Source of the DNA: an uncultured Phycisphaerales bacterium
GTDB lineage: Bacteria > Planctomycetota > Phycisphaerae > Tepidisphaerales > Tepidisphaeraceae
NCBI GenBank assembly: GCA_963755915.1
Contig: CAVWLP010000003.1
Coordinates: 1,376,001-1,440,000, forward strand
Direction: 5' to 3'
Length of the DNA: 64,000 bases
In this document: positions 54,692-64,000 of the stretch, one piece after another
Layout of the letters: every line of letters starts with the position of its first letter
Position numbering within the stretch: position 1 is the stretch's first letter
The notes under the pieces: model-generated
The model's database searches: none
What the model was told of the DNA's origin: nothing
Seen by the model: the letters and a program-made list of their open reading frames with translations, nothing else
Translations under genes and position numbers: made by a program

Positions 54692-55065
54692 GTCTCAATC
54701 ATAACGGCTCGGGCTCGAACAGGAAAAACGTCGAAAAACCTTCGGCGCCACACCGACGCAACCGGCTTCAACAGGCAGGAGCGTCCCGTTTCCGTCTTAT
54801 TTTTTCTAATCGTCGGAATGTTGATTTTGCTCGTTGTGGTATCTCACCCACACACCTAGGGTGAGAAAAGTAATGCAACGCTAGACTCTTGCCCGGCAAA
54901 GACAAAAGTCATTGAACTCGATTGGACAACACTGAGGAAACGATACTTTCTGCTGTGAAATCAGATCGTTTTTTGCCCGCCTGGATTTTTTAGCGAAGCG
55001 AATATTTTTTCCGGCTCAGGCACTTTGCCTGGCCACTCTGCAAATCTCTTTGAAAGGAGATCGAT

Positions 55066-55623
55066 ATGGATTCCCTGCACGAACTTATGGTTGATGAAAT
55101 CAAAGACCTCTATAGCGCGGAAAACCAGCTTCTCAAAGCCCTGCCCAAGATGGCCAAGAAGGCGTCCTCCAGCCAGTTGAAGGAAGCGTTCACCGGCCAT
55201 CTCAAGGAAACCGAGGGCCACGTGAAACGCCTTCAACAAATCGCCACGATCCTCGATATCGACCTCGGCGGCAAAAAATGCCACGCGATGGAAGGCCTCG
55301 TCGAAGAAGGAAGTGAAGTTCTCGAGGAAGACGGACCCGAGGCCGTGATCGACACCGCCCTCATCGGCACGGCCCGCCGCGTCGAACACTACGAAATGGC
55401 CGCCTACTGCGCCACCCGCGGAATGGCCGAGCAACTGGGCAACGATGATGTCGCCAAACTTCTCGAAGAGACGGTCGACGAAGAAGAAGCAGCGGATGAG
55501 AAGCTGAAAACGATCGCCCAGGACGAGGTCATGCCCGCCGCCGCCGAATCCACGGAAGAAGAAGACGCCCAAGAAGAAAGCGATCGTCCAGTCAAAACAT
55601 CAAAAGCAAGGAGCGCCAAGTGA
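55066..55623 (+). CDS. Ferritin-like DUF892 (YciE/YciF) protein
   Basis: DLYSAENQ..KALPKM, HL.ET..H..RL, C.AMEGL, VEHYEMAAY, EE..AD.KL. Confidence 0.93.
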   Translation: MDSLHELMVDEIKDLYSAENQLLKALPKMAKKASSSQLKEAFTGHLKETEGHVKRLQQIATILDIDLGGKKCHAMEGLVEEGSEVLEEDGPEAVIDTALIGTARRVEHYEMAAYCATRGMAEQLGNDDVAKLLEETVDEEEAADEKLKTIAQDEVMPAAAESTEEEDAQEESDRPVKTSKARSAK

Positions 55624-56050
55624 ACAGAACATTTTTCTATTGATCTGCGGCCTGGGACTGGCGAGCTGCGAGAAACAACCTGATGTTTCGCAGTCGCCGA
55701 GCCCCACCGCGCCTGCGGTGGCGACGCCGGATGCGCCCTCCGCCCCGGCCACTCAGCCTGACAACACCGGCATCAATTCCCGCGATCAAGTGCAGGGCGC
55801 GGTGACCGCGGGAACTCAGGGTCAGGGGCAGAGCGATGTTGACGCCACAGCCCAGATTCGCCGTCAAATCATGAAGGCGAATCTTTCCGTTACCGCCCAG
55901 AACGCAAAAGTGATCACGCAAAACGGAAAGGTGACTCTACGCGGCCCCGTAAACACGCAGGCTGAATCCGATACGATCACTCACATCGCCGCCGATGTCG
56001 TGGGCGCGAACAACGTGGATAACCAGCTTGAAATCAAGCCGAACAGTTAA
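55620..56050 (+). CDS. BON domain lipoprotein
   Basis: LASC lipobox, DNTGIN.RD, KVIT.NG.VTLRGPV, V.NQLE; start probably GTG 55620 with an indel near 55635. Confidence 0.85.
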
Positions 56051-56114
56051 ATCCCATGTCTATATCTAAGTCTAGGTCTATTCCTTCTAAAACTTTTTAA
56101 ACCAGGAGATTCAA

Positions 56115-56660
56115 ATGTCCAAGTCTGTATTTTGTATTGCGACCCTTGAAGAACAAGCGAATCGCATCATCGATTCCCTCAAAGCCGCAGGTTTTTCGAA
56201 CAATGACATCTCGGTGTTGTTTCCCGACAAAGGCACCACCAAGAATTTCGCCCATGAAAAGAACACCAAGGCCCCTGAAGGCGCCGTAACCGGCGCCGGC
56301 ATCGGACTCGCCGTCGGCGCCACCCTCGGCTGGCTCGCCGGAATCGGCCTGCTCGCCATTCCGGGCGTCGGGCCTTTCATTGCCGCAGGCCCCATTATGG
56401 CCGCCATGAGCGGCGCCGCGGTCGGTGGCACCGTCGGTGGCTTCACAGGCGCCCTCATCGGAATGGGCATCCCGGAATTTGAGGCCAAGCGATATGAGGG
56501 CCGCATCAAAAGCGGCAACATCCTCATCTCCGTTCATTCCGAAAGCTCCGAGGAAACCAGTCGAGCCAAGAAAATCTTCGAAGCGGCCGACGCCGAGGAC
56601 ATTTCCACCGCCGGTGAGACTCGAACCGGCAGCGACAAAGTAGCCACAGCACGAAGGTAA
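56115..56660 (+). CDS. General stress-type membrane protein
   Basis: GFSNNDISVL, TKAPEGA, LAIPGVGPFIAAGP, GMGIPEFEAKRYE. Confidence 0.85.
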   Translation: MSKSVFCIATLEEQANRIIDSLKAAGFSNNDISVLFPDKGTTKNFAHEKNTKAPEGAVTGAGIGLAVGATLGWLAGIGLLAIPGVGPFIAAGPIMAAMSGAAVGGTVGGFTGALIGMGIPEFEAKRYEGRIKSGNILISVHSESSEETSRAKKIFEAADAEDISTAGETRTGSDKVATARR

Positions 56661-56755
56661 TTCGTTTAATCAACTGATCGTGAAACTCCCGGCCGGCTTC
56701 CGGAGGGCCGGCCGGGAGACACATCAGCAATTTCCATCCCAACTTTCTTGCCGCG

Positions 56756-57707
56756 ATGCGCCTACCCCCTTCTGGAAATCACCACGTGCTGATCACCGGC
56801 ACAAGCACCGGCATCGGCCGTGCCTGCGCCTTTGAACTCGCCCGCCAGGGATTCTCCGTTTGGGCTGGAATACGCAATTCCGCCGAAGCCGATTCAATAA
56901 ACCAAGCAGGCGAGACGACCCCAACTCCTATCCGACCTATAGAGATTGATGTCACCGACATGGTGTCAATTCGCTCGGCTCAAAAAGAAATTCGTTCTCA
57001 TGTCGGCGATGACGGACTATATGCCCTCGTAAACAACGCAGGCATATGCGTCGTCGGTCCGGTGGAATTCATCCCCCTGGAAGCGTGGCGCCAGCAGCTT
57101 GACGTCAATTTCTTCGGCGTGATCGCCGTCACACAAATCATGCTGCCCCTCCTTCGCGCCAACAATTCCCGGCCCGCCCCACACAGATCGCGCATCGTCA
57201 ACATGGGTTCGATCACTGGCGAGATCTCAACTCCCCTCTTCGGCGCATACAGCGCCAGCAAGTTCGCGCTTCGGGCAATGAATGATGCGCTCCGACTCGA
57301 ACTGCGGCCAGAGGGAATTCACGTTTCTCTCATCGTCCCGGGAACGATCCAATCCGAAATCTGGCGGAAAGAAAAGGAGTGTGTCGACGCCATAGTCGCC
57401 GGCTCCCCCGCGCGTGCAATACGGCACGCTCATAGACAAGGTTTCTGGTTACGTCTTCCGCTGCGCCGAGCAGGCCCTTCCCGCACAGCGCGTCGCGGAT
57501 GCCGTTCAGCAATGCCTCACCAGCCTCAAACCGCGAATTCAATACCGTGTCGGCTGGGAGGCACAGGTCGGCTCACCTGCGAAAAAGTTTACACCGGCCC
57601 GACTCTTCGATTTCCTATTGGCCCGCAAGCTCGGCGTTCCGGGCAGCCGCGCTTCATCGTCATTACTTTCCCCGGCGCCAAATAACACCGCTGATGCAGG
57701 CGTCTAG
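56756..57707 (+). CDS. Short-chain dehydrogenase/reductase (frameshift near 57413)
   Basis: ITGTSTGIG, VNNAG, YSASK, PG.IQS.IW; C-terminus in ORF 57414-57707. Confidence 0.9.
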
Positions 57708-57870
57708 CCGCTTCGGGCCTCACCACCGCTTCACACTCCCGCAAAGCGCCCCCGAACCGTTGCCCAGCACCAATTCTTCTCTACTTTCTACTCACTACTG
57801 CTCTACTCTCTCGCGCAGCGCCGGGTATTTTCTTGACTGTTCACGAAATCGTGGGAGCATTACCCACCGT

Positions 57871-58824
57871 ATGCAAAGGCGGGGCTCCATTCTTCTGATT
57901 GCGCTGCTCGGCTGGTCCGCAAAAGCCCTGGCCAGCACAGAGAACCTGGCGATTTCCACTCAGGTCGCCTTCTATCCGGAGGTCATCCAAGGCGCAGAAG
58001 AAGACATCGAACCGGAAATCTCTAACTCCGGCACCGAACCCGGCACCTACACCGAGGCGGCAACCTACGGTCCCGATCAGGTCAGCCTCGGTTCCTATTC
58101 GGGCACTCTCCAACCCGGCACCGATCTCTCCAACAATTTCCCGCTTGATACGACCGACGTCCCGCCCGCCGCCTATCGCGTTTCGGCAACGCTGCAAGAC
58201 ACCACGCCCGGCAGTACCGCCCCCGCAATCACCGTCAACTCGCAATTCACCGTCGAGGCGCATGCGGCTCCCGCGATTTATCTGCAAGACGAAATGCTCC
58301 CCCTGGCCGACTGTGATTCACCACCCGTGCAGTTCCAGACGCGAGAGCTCGACCCCAACTCACTGGCTCAGGCCCCTCCCGCAGGCACCGACGCCGCTGC
58401 AACATTCGCTCCGCAAATGATCGGCGACCCGCCGCCCGGCGTCCCCACTGCCGAGCTGGATCTCGACAGCATTACTTCCACCGGCAGCCCCTATATCACC
58501 ACGACTTTGCAGCCGTTCATCGACCTTCCCTCCGACGACAATCCAGCCGAAGGACTCCCTTTCCAGGTCTATGCATTTGTCCCCGCCCTGGGCGATTACT
58601 CAACCACATTTACGCTTTATTATTCCGATGAACAGGACCTACCCGGCGCCGACGCACCCGGATCCGAAACCGCTTCCTTCACGGTGGCAGTCGATATGAC
58701 CGCCACCACCGCCGACTGGACGGTTACCGTGGTCCCGGAACCGGCATCCTTCGGATTATTGACCATCATCGGCCTGGCATCGCTGGGACGTGGAAGCTGG
58801 TTGAGGCAAATGTGCCGGGGGTGA
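57871..58824 (+). CDS. PEP-CTERM sorting domain protein
   Basis: Signal peptide, acidic Thr/Pro-rich body, VPEPASFGLLTIIGLASLGR C-terminus. Confidence 0.85.
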   Translation: MQRRGSILLIALLGWSAKALASTENLAISTQVAFYPEVIQGAEEDIEPEISNSGTEPGTYTEAATYGPDQVSLGSYSGTLQPGTDLSNNFPLDTTDVPPAAYRVSATLQDTTPGSTAPAITVNSQFTVEAHAAPAIYLQDEMLPLADCDSPPVQFQTRELDPNSLAQAPPAGTDAAATFAPQMIGDPPPGVPTAELDLDSITSTGSPYITTTLQPFIDLPSDDNPAEGLPFQVYAFVPALGDYSTTFTLYYSDEQDLPGADAPGSETASFTVAVDMTATTADWTVTVVPEPASFGLLTIIGLASLGRGSWLRQMCRG

Positions 58825-58902
58825 AAAGGATTCGAGGAGTCGGTCGAATCGCCTCAGGGTCGAAGGCCATCGAACCGCTGCGCCAGGTCCCCACCACGCC
58901 CC

Positions 58903-61347
58903 TCACTTCCTGAACCTTTCAAGAAACGTCCCCACCGCTCCAAGAATCCGATCCATCACCTCGGGCTGCGGAACCGGAATCTTGAGATAGCTCTCCCCCG
59001 TCCTGTCATCCCGATGCACGAGCGAAACGCCGCCCGGCGCCTCTGCCGGTCGCGAGGCGCTGGCGCTGCCGGCTCGGGCCAATTGTTCCAAAAACGCCAA
59101 GCCCGTCTGGAGCAATCCACCCAATGGATCCGCGGTCGCAACTGATGTCGCCGTCCCACCCTCTTGCCGATGCGCCGTCTCCAATTCCGCTGCATCACCC
59201 TCTCCATTCGTCTCCGCCTCCGCAACTTCGGTTGGATCCTGGGCCGCCTGCGCGGGGATCCCGTCGGTCGTCTTCTCCACCGTTTCCATGAATCGGTTCA
59301 ATCGGCTTCCCCCAAGGAACACTTCCTTCTCTCCTCCATCCAGCGCCCCCGCAAAAAGAGACTTCTTGAACTTCAATATCGAAAGCATCCCCTGCTCGAT
59401 CGTCCCCTGCGAAACGAAATTCACCACCCGCACCGGCCGGCGTTGCCCCAAACGATGAACCCTCCCGATCCTCTGCTCGAGCACCGCCGGGTTCCAGGGA
59501 ATATCCACGTTCACGACCACCGACGCCTGCTGCAAATTCAACCCCACCCCGCCCGCATCCGTCGCCAGAAACGCCCGGCATCCCTCATCCTCACGAAAAC
59601 GGTCCACCAGCGCCTTGCGCTGCCGGCCTGGAACGGCCCCGTGAAACAGCACGTGCCCCCATCGCTTCTTCTCCAGGCGTCTTACCAGCAGCTCGTGCAT
59701 CCTGACCCACTGGCTGAAGATCACCACCTTCGTCCCGGGCTGTTCCAGAGTTTCACCGAGCAACGTCGCCAGCTCATCCGCTTTCACCCCGAAATCCGTT
59801 TCGTGATCCAGAAGATACGTGCTGTCGCAGCTCATCCGCATATTCTGAAGCGCAATCATCAGTCTCCGCTGATCCGCTTCCGACAAAAAACGCGACGTCC
59901 GCCATCTCGCCACGATTCGCGCCACCACCTCCCGGTTCTCCTCATGATGCAGCATTTGCTCCGGCGTCATCGGCAAAAATAAATGCTTGTCCAGCCGCTC
60001 CGGAAGCTGCGCCAGCACCTGGCTCTTTTTCCGCCGCAGAAGAACCGGCGCCAGCGTTTTACCGATCGAATCCAGGTTCTTGTAACCCACCACGCGCCCC
60101 GACTCCTCGTCGTGAATCTGGTGATCCGCCAAAAATTGGAACGTGGGCCCCAGCCGATGCCGATCCACGAATTGAACCAGCGAAACCAGCTCCTCCAGCC
60201 GATTCTCCAGCGGCGTGCCCGTGAGCACGATCGCATAGGGCGACGCGATCCGCTTCACCGACCGCGCCACCCGCGTATTCCAATTTTTGATCCGCTGGGC
60301 TTCGTCCAGAATCACCACGTCCGGCGACCACCCCGCAATCAAATCCAGGTCGCTATGCACCGTGTCATAATTGACAATCTTATAAAACGACTTCGCCGAA
60401 TAACCCCGCTCCCGCCGCCCGCGCAACCCGCCAACGACTTCCACATTCCGATCTGCAAATCGCGCAATCTCACGTTCCCACTGGTGTTTCAGCGATGTCG
60501 GGCAAATCACCAGCACCCGCTCCACCCCAAACTCCCGCGTCATGATCTCCACCGCGGCAATCGCCTGGATCGTCTTCCCCAGCCCCATTTCATCGCCGAT
60601 GAGACATCTCCCCGCCCTCGCGGCGAAAAGCGCCCCTTCTCGCTGGTAATCGTAAAGCGCGACCTTTACCAGATTCTCCATCATCCGGCTGCGAATCCCC
60701 TTCCCAAACGCTTTCGCCAGCCGCTCTTCCCGCCGTCGGCGGTCCCGCACCTCCGCGATAAATCCCAGCACATCCTCAAAACACCGCACATCATGCTGGA
60801 ATTTTGCCGAGCCCGACAGAAACTCCTCGAACCGCCCGAATGCATCGGGCTTGAGCACCCCCTCCGCATCGAAAAACCCGCGCGCGAATTCATCAAAACC
60901 CCGCCCGGCTTCGCTACCCTTCCGAAACCGGACCTCGCGTTTCGCGCCGTAGCGAAGATACACGTCGCTGTACGCCGGCTTAAACCCGTTCCTCAGCTCC
61001 GCCGCCGCGCCCTTCTGACGTCTCAACTTCGCCAGCGTAAATTCGATGTGCTTGCAGGTCCCCAGCGTATTGGTCACGAAATCCGGACACGAGCAGAAAT
61101 TCTCTCCCAGCCCAGCGCCGCGAATCGACACCCGGTAAACGCTCTTCGTCTGTGGATTCGCCACCTGGAAATCTGAAAAAACCGCCTGCGACCCCAGGTT
61201 CTTCAGCTTAAACTTCTGTTCCCGTCCATATTGCCGCCGCAGCCCAATTTGCCACGCCTCCAGAGACATATCCGGCGGCCGATGGAGCCGCGACAATTTC
61301 TTTTCCACCCCTCGCCTCCCGCACCTTTTCTTTCCAGCTTGCACCAT
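58903..61347 (-). CDS. SWIM zinc-finger SNF2-family helicase
   Basis: CSCPDF....LGTCKH, GDEMGLGKT, DEAQRIKN, LTGTPLEN, FSQW, GVGLNLQ, WNPA.LEQRIGR.HR.GQ. Confidence 0.93.
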   Translation of the reverse strand: MVQAGKKRCGRRGVEKKLSRLHRPPDMSLEAWQIGLRRQYGREQKFKLKNLGSQAVFSDFQVANPQTKSVYRVSIRGAGLGENFCSCPDFVTNTLGTCKHIEFTLAKLRRQKGAAAELRNGFKPAYSDVYLRYGAKREVRFRKGSEAGRGFDEFARGFFDAEGVLKPDAFGRFEEFLSGSAKFQHDVRCFEDVLGFIAEVRDRRRREERLAKAFGKGIRSRMMENLVKVALYDYQREGALFAARAGRCLIGDEMGLGKTIQAIAAVEIMTREFGVERVLVICPTSLKHQWEREIARFADRNVEVVGGLRGRRERGYSAKSFYKIVNYDTVHSDLDLIAGWSPDVVILDEAQRIKNWNTRVARSVKRIASPYAIVLTGTPLENRLEELVSLVQFVDRHRLGPTFQFLADHQIHDEESGRVVGYKNLDSIGKTLAPVLLRRKKSQVLAQLPERLDKHLFLPMTPEQMLHHEENREVVARIVARWRTSRFLSEADQRRLMIALQNMRMSCDSTYLLDHETDFGVKADELATLLGETLEQPGTKVVIFSQWVRMHELLVRRLEKKRWGHVLFHGAVPGRQRKALVDRFREDEGCRAFLATDAGGVGLNLQQASVVVNVDIPWNPAVLEQRIGRVHRLGQRRPVRVVNFVSQGTIEQGMLSILKFKKSLFAGALDGGEKEVFLGGSRLNRFMETVEKTTDGIPAQAAQDPTEVAEAETNGEGDAAELETAHRQEGGTATSVATADPLGGLLQTGLAFLEQLARAGSASASRPAEAPGGVSLVHRDDRTGESYLKIPVPQPEVMDRILGAVGTFLERFRK

Positions 61348-61470
61348 CCCCGATTACTAACGCGCCCACCCCTCTCGTGCAAAGCCACAGCATTCCCTTT
61401 CACACTTTCACACCTTCAAAATTTCACGCTTTATCACAAAGCGGCCTCCCGCCGCACGACCTCCCGCCTA

Positions 61471-61702
61471 TGCGGAGTACCGCTCCTCGCCTCCGGCTAG
61501 AACGGCCTCCGGCCTTAGAATTGCGGAGTACCGCTCCTCGCCTCCGGCTAGAACGGCCTCCGGCCTTAGAATTGCGGAGTACCGCTCCTCGCCTCCGGCT
61601 AGAACGGCCTCCGGCCTTAGAATTGCGGAGTACCGCTCCTCGCCTCCGGCTAGAACGGCCTCCGGCCTTAGAATTGCGGAGTACCGCTCCTCGCCTCCGG
61701 CT
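61471..61702. repeat. Perfect 51-bp tandem repeat, 4 units plus a 28-bp partial unit
   Basis: Unit TGCGGAGTACCGCTCCTCGCCTCCGGCTAGAACGGCCTCCGGCCTTAGAAT at 61471, 61522, 61573, 61624; partial at 61675. Confidence 0.97.
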
Positions 61703-63089
61703 GCGGGCCCCAATTCGCCACCGCGATCGACCAGCACGCCGTCGCGATCACGAAATAGTAATAATTCCCAAACGCCTGCTTATTGAGCGAAAAGAACAGC
61801 ATATGCACCAGCGCCGCCGCCGCCGCGAATCCCGCCGGCGAGCTCGCCGCTCGCCGCACGCTCACCGGGATCATCACCACCAGCGGCAGCAGCGAAATCC
61901 ACAGCGGGATCACAAGATGAGGATCGCACTTGCGGATCACCACCAGGTAGCTCATCGCGTCTGTTCGAAACCCCTGCAAAAATTGAAACACCACGATCGA
62001 GCGCACAAACGCCGGCGCGTTCCACACGAAAAACGGCAGGTTGATGATCGCCACCACCAGCATCGCCTTGAACAAAATGTTCCAAAACATCCGCCAGTGA
62101 TTCGGGCCCGCCAGCAGCAGCGGCAGCAACGGCACCGCCAGAATCGCGTACTGCTTCGACGAAAGATAAAGCCCCAGCACATACGGCAGCGCCTTCGGCC
62201 ACCGGCAGACGCAAAACATGAACAGCGAAAACGTCAGCACCAGAAACGGCTCGGTAAACGAAAGATCCAAAATATAAATCACCCGCGGCGTCAGCAGCAG
62301 CATCGCCCCCGCCAGGGCCGCGATTCGCCCCGGCTTCGTCACGTAAATCAATCCCGCCGACAGCGCCATCGCCATCAGATGCGAATACCGCACATCCTTC
62401 CCCAGCAAATACCCCGGCAGCGTCAGCAACAAACTTAACGGCGGATAAGGAAAACCCACCGTCAGATACCCGTGCGCATCCACTACCCCCGGCCCATAAA
62501 ACGGCGTCCCCGGCGGATAAACGCTTGGATATTTGAACGAATACGGATTCAGCCCGTGCGTCAGCGCCCACGCCGCATCCGACTGGAACATAAAGACGTC
62601 GATGCCGGGAAATTTCGAGTGTTTGTTAAACGCCGTCTCCCCGGCGATAAAAAATGCGCACAGCATGATGACCATCAGCGGCGCGCGCAGCGAACCGATG
62701 TTGAAAAACTGCACACATCCCAGAAGCGCGATCGCGCCGAACGCCAGCGTGATTTGCGGATCGCTGTGCATCCGCCGCATCAGGAAATAGGCTTCGCTCA
62801 GCACCACGCCAACGAGCAGCGTCGGAACCCACCGCCGGCAAAAACCTTCCAGCGGCGTTTTCCTCGGTGCGACCACGCCCACAATGCAAAAGATCAGCCC
62901 GATCGACAGGTAGACCATCGCCTTGGGGTTGTAGCTGCCGTCATTGACATCGATGGAATGCCCCAGGGCGAGCACAAACAGCGCTAGCGAAAAACTGGTG
63001 AGGGCCGAATCGTCTGCGCGGGAGACGGAAATCAGGTCGGGTTTGACGGATTTCGCGACTGTCCGGATTGTGCCGCTTGCTTGAGACAT
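61668..63089 (-). CDS. Multi-pass membrane protein, GT-C-like
   Basis: IDVF.FQ..A...L.HG.NPY, GFPYPP, DVRY, SKQY; its last codons and stop lie inside the tandem repeat. Confidence 0.75.
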   Translation of the reverse strand: MSQASGTIRTVAKSVKPDLISVSRADDSALTSFSLALFVLALGHSIDVNDGSYNPKAMVYLSIGLIFCIVGVVAPRKTPLEGFCRRWVPTLLVGVVLSEAYFLMRRMHSDPQITLAFGAIALLGCVQFFNIGSLRAPLMVIMLCAFFIAGETAFNKHSKFPGIDVFMFQSDAAWALTHGLNPYSFKYPSVYPPGTPFYGPGVVDAHGYLTVGFPYPPLSLLLTLPGYLLGKDVRYSHLMAMALSAGLIYVTKPGRIAALAGAMLLLTPRVIYILDLSFTEPFLVLTFSLFMFCVCRWPKALPYVLGLYLSSKQYAILAVPLLPLLLAGPNHWRMFWNILFKAMLVVAIINLPFFVWNAPAFVRSIVVFQFLQGFRTDAMSYLVVIRKCDPHLVIPLWISLLPLVVMIPVSVRRAASSPAGFAAAAALVHMLFFSLNKQAFGNYYYFVIATACWSIAVANWGPQPEARSGTPQF

Positions 63090-63115
63090 CTGTAGGTTAT
63101 GTATAACCCGCCCCA

Positions 63116-63144
63116 CAGCCGGAGGCGAGGAGCGGTACTCCGCA
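63116..63144. repeat. Inverted copy of the tandem-repeat core
   Basis: CAGCCGGAGGCGAGGAGCGGTACTCCGCA is the reverse complement of 61675-61703. Confidence 0.95.
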
Positions 63145-63263
63145 CCACTCGGAGGTGGGGGGTTGGAGGCCCCCTTTCGCCGGGCTTTGTAGAATCATCG
63201 GGGAAAATTCGCCTCTAAAGTGAACGACGCGGCGATTCGATGGAGGGGAAGAGGTTAAATCCC

Positions 63264-63742
63264 ATGAAGCCGCAGCAGACTATTGGACAAGACATCAGGT
63301 TCGACAGCGTCCCCGCAGAGATTACCGGACCTTCCAAAGCATCGGGCTCGGCCCAGCGCCAGGGAGAGGGGCCGGACCGCCGCATGTCGGTGCTCGACCG
63401 CCGATCCGGCACCGAGCGCCGCGTGCAAACCCGCGCCGAGTCGGGCTACTCGGGCTCGGACCGGCGCATCGCCGAGAGGCGCGTTGATACCGGTCTCGAG
63501 CGGCGCCGAGGCCCGGGCGCCGGCTTTCGGACGATCGTCGTGCCGCTGAAGAAGGGGAAATGACCGCTCAGCAGTTCGAGTTTGTCATGGCGATCGAGGC
63601 CTATAAGAAGGTCAACAAGCGCATGTATCCCACCTGGACGGAGGTCCTGGAAGTTATTCAGCAGCTCGGATATCGAAAGGTCGCGTCCAGAGCGATCAAT
63701 CTCGAGAATGTCCCCGAGCCGGCATTGGTGAAGGTCGCGTAA
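63264..63742 (+). CDS. (D/E)RR-repeat protein with a small C-terminal domain (frameshift near 63518)
   Basis: PDRR, LDRR, TERR, YSGSDRR, AERR, LERR, DDRR, then MTAQQFEFVMAIEAYKKVNKRMYPTWTEVLEVIQQLGYRK. Confidence 0.75.
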
Positions 63743-64000
63743 GAGCCGGCGAAGCACGGCCAGCGATCGGACCCGTCCGATAAGTTAGATAATCTATAAC
63801 GTATAAACCGCATATCAGACCGACCTCGCTGCGGGCGAGGTTTTGAATCAACCAAAATTCTTATGACGATTTCAAAGAATATGTTTTCGCAAACGAGGAA
63901 ATAGATTGGAGACTCTAGGCGCTTTGGCGAATTCCTGCTTCTCGCCGAATTCCCCCTCTTTACTCAAGGCTCGCGAGGCCTTCGCGGAGCGGATACAATT

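Noticed and set aside
58903-61347. SWIM-SNF2 helicase as part of a defence island
   Set aside because: Stand-alone gene with no methylase, nuclease or other defence partners adjacent.
61471-61702. CRISPR array (28-bp repeat plus 23-bp spacer)
   Set aside because: All spacers are identical and there are no cas genes; it is a tandem repeat.
61377-62438. 353-aa ORF with RSTAPRLRLERPPALEL repeats
   Set aside because: It is a translation of the DNA repeat plus the antisense of a real gene.

Overview
High-GC bacterial chromosomal DNA, most likely Planctomycetota (Phycisphaerae/Tepidisphaerales-like). This is inferred from a DUF1559/H-X9-DG prepilin-like gene, an ECF sigma factor with a membrane-anchored extension, a PEP-CTERM protein and recurring ATQP/TTQP linkers. 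About 55 protein-coding genes are present: housekeeping (coaD, pgeF, pgl, pnp, rpsO, adk, ppk2, murI, alr, ahcY), a two-component cluster, carbohydrate-active enzymes (GH28, GH38, GH51-like), GT-C-like membrane proteins, a stress cluster and a SWIM-SNF2 helicase. About 20 genes are split by 1-2 nt indels, mostly at CGCG sites, which look like long-read consensus errors. No rRNA, tRNA, CRISPR array, integrase or transposase was seen. Main signals: (1) a long, duplicated, probably structured 5' leader with its own promoter in front of the prepilin-like gene; (2) a low-GC HNH + VRR-NUC nuclease pair enclosed by an inverted REP pair whose empty form also occurs in the window; (3) other small repeats, including a 162-bp MITE inserted in a REP, a 51-bp tandem array whose core also brackets a whole gene, and heptamer-built palindromes; (4) a frameshift-hidden small gene plus nucleotidyltransferase toxin next to a degenerate QueC; (5) a strong G/C strand-skew reversal around 38-48 kb. 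All family calls come from recognising motifs by eye; no database searches were run.
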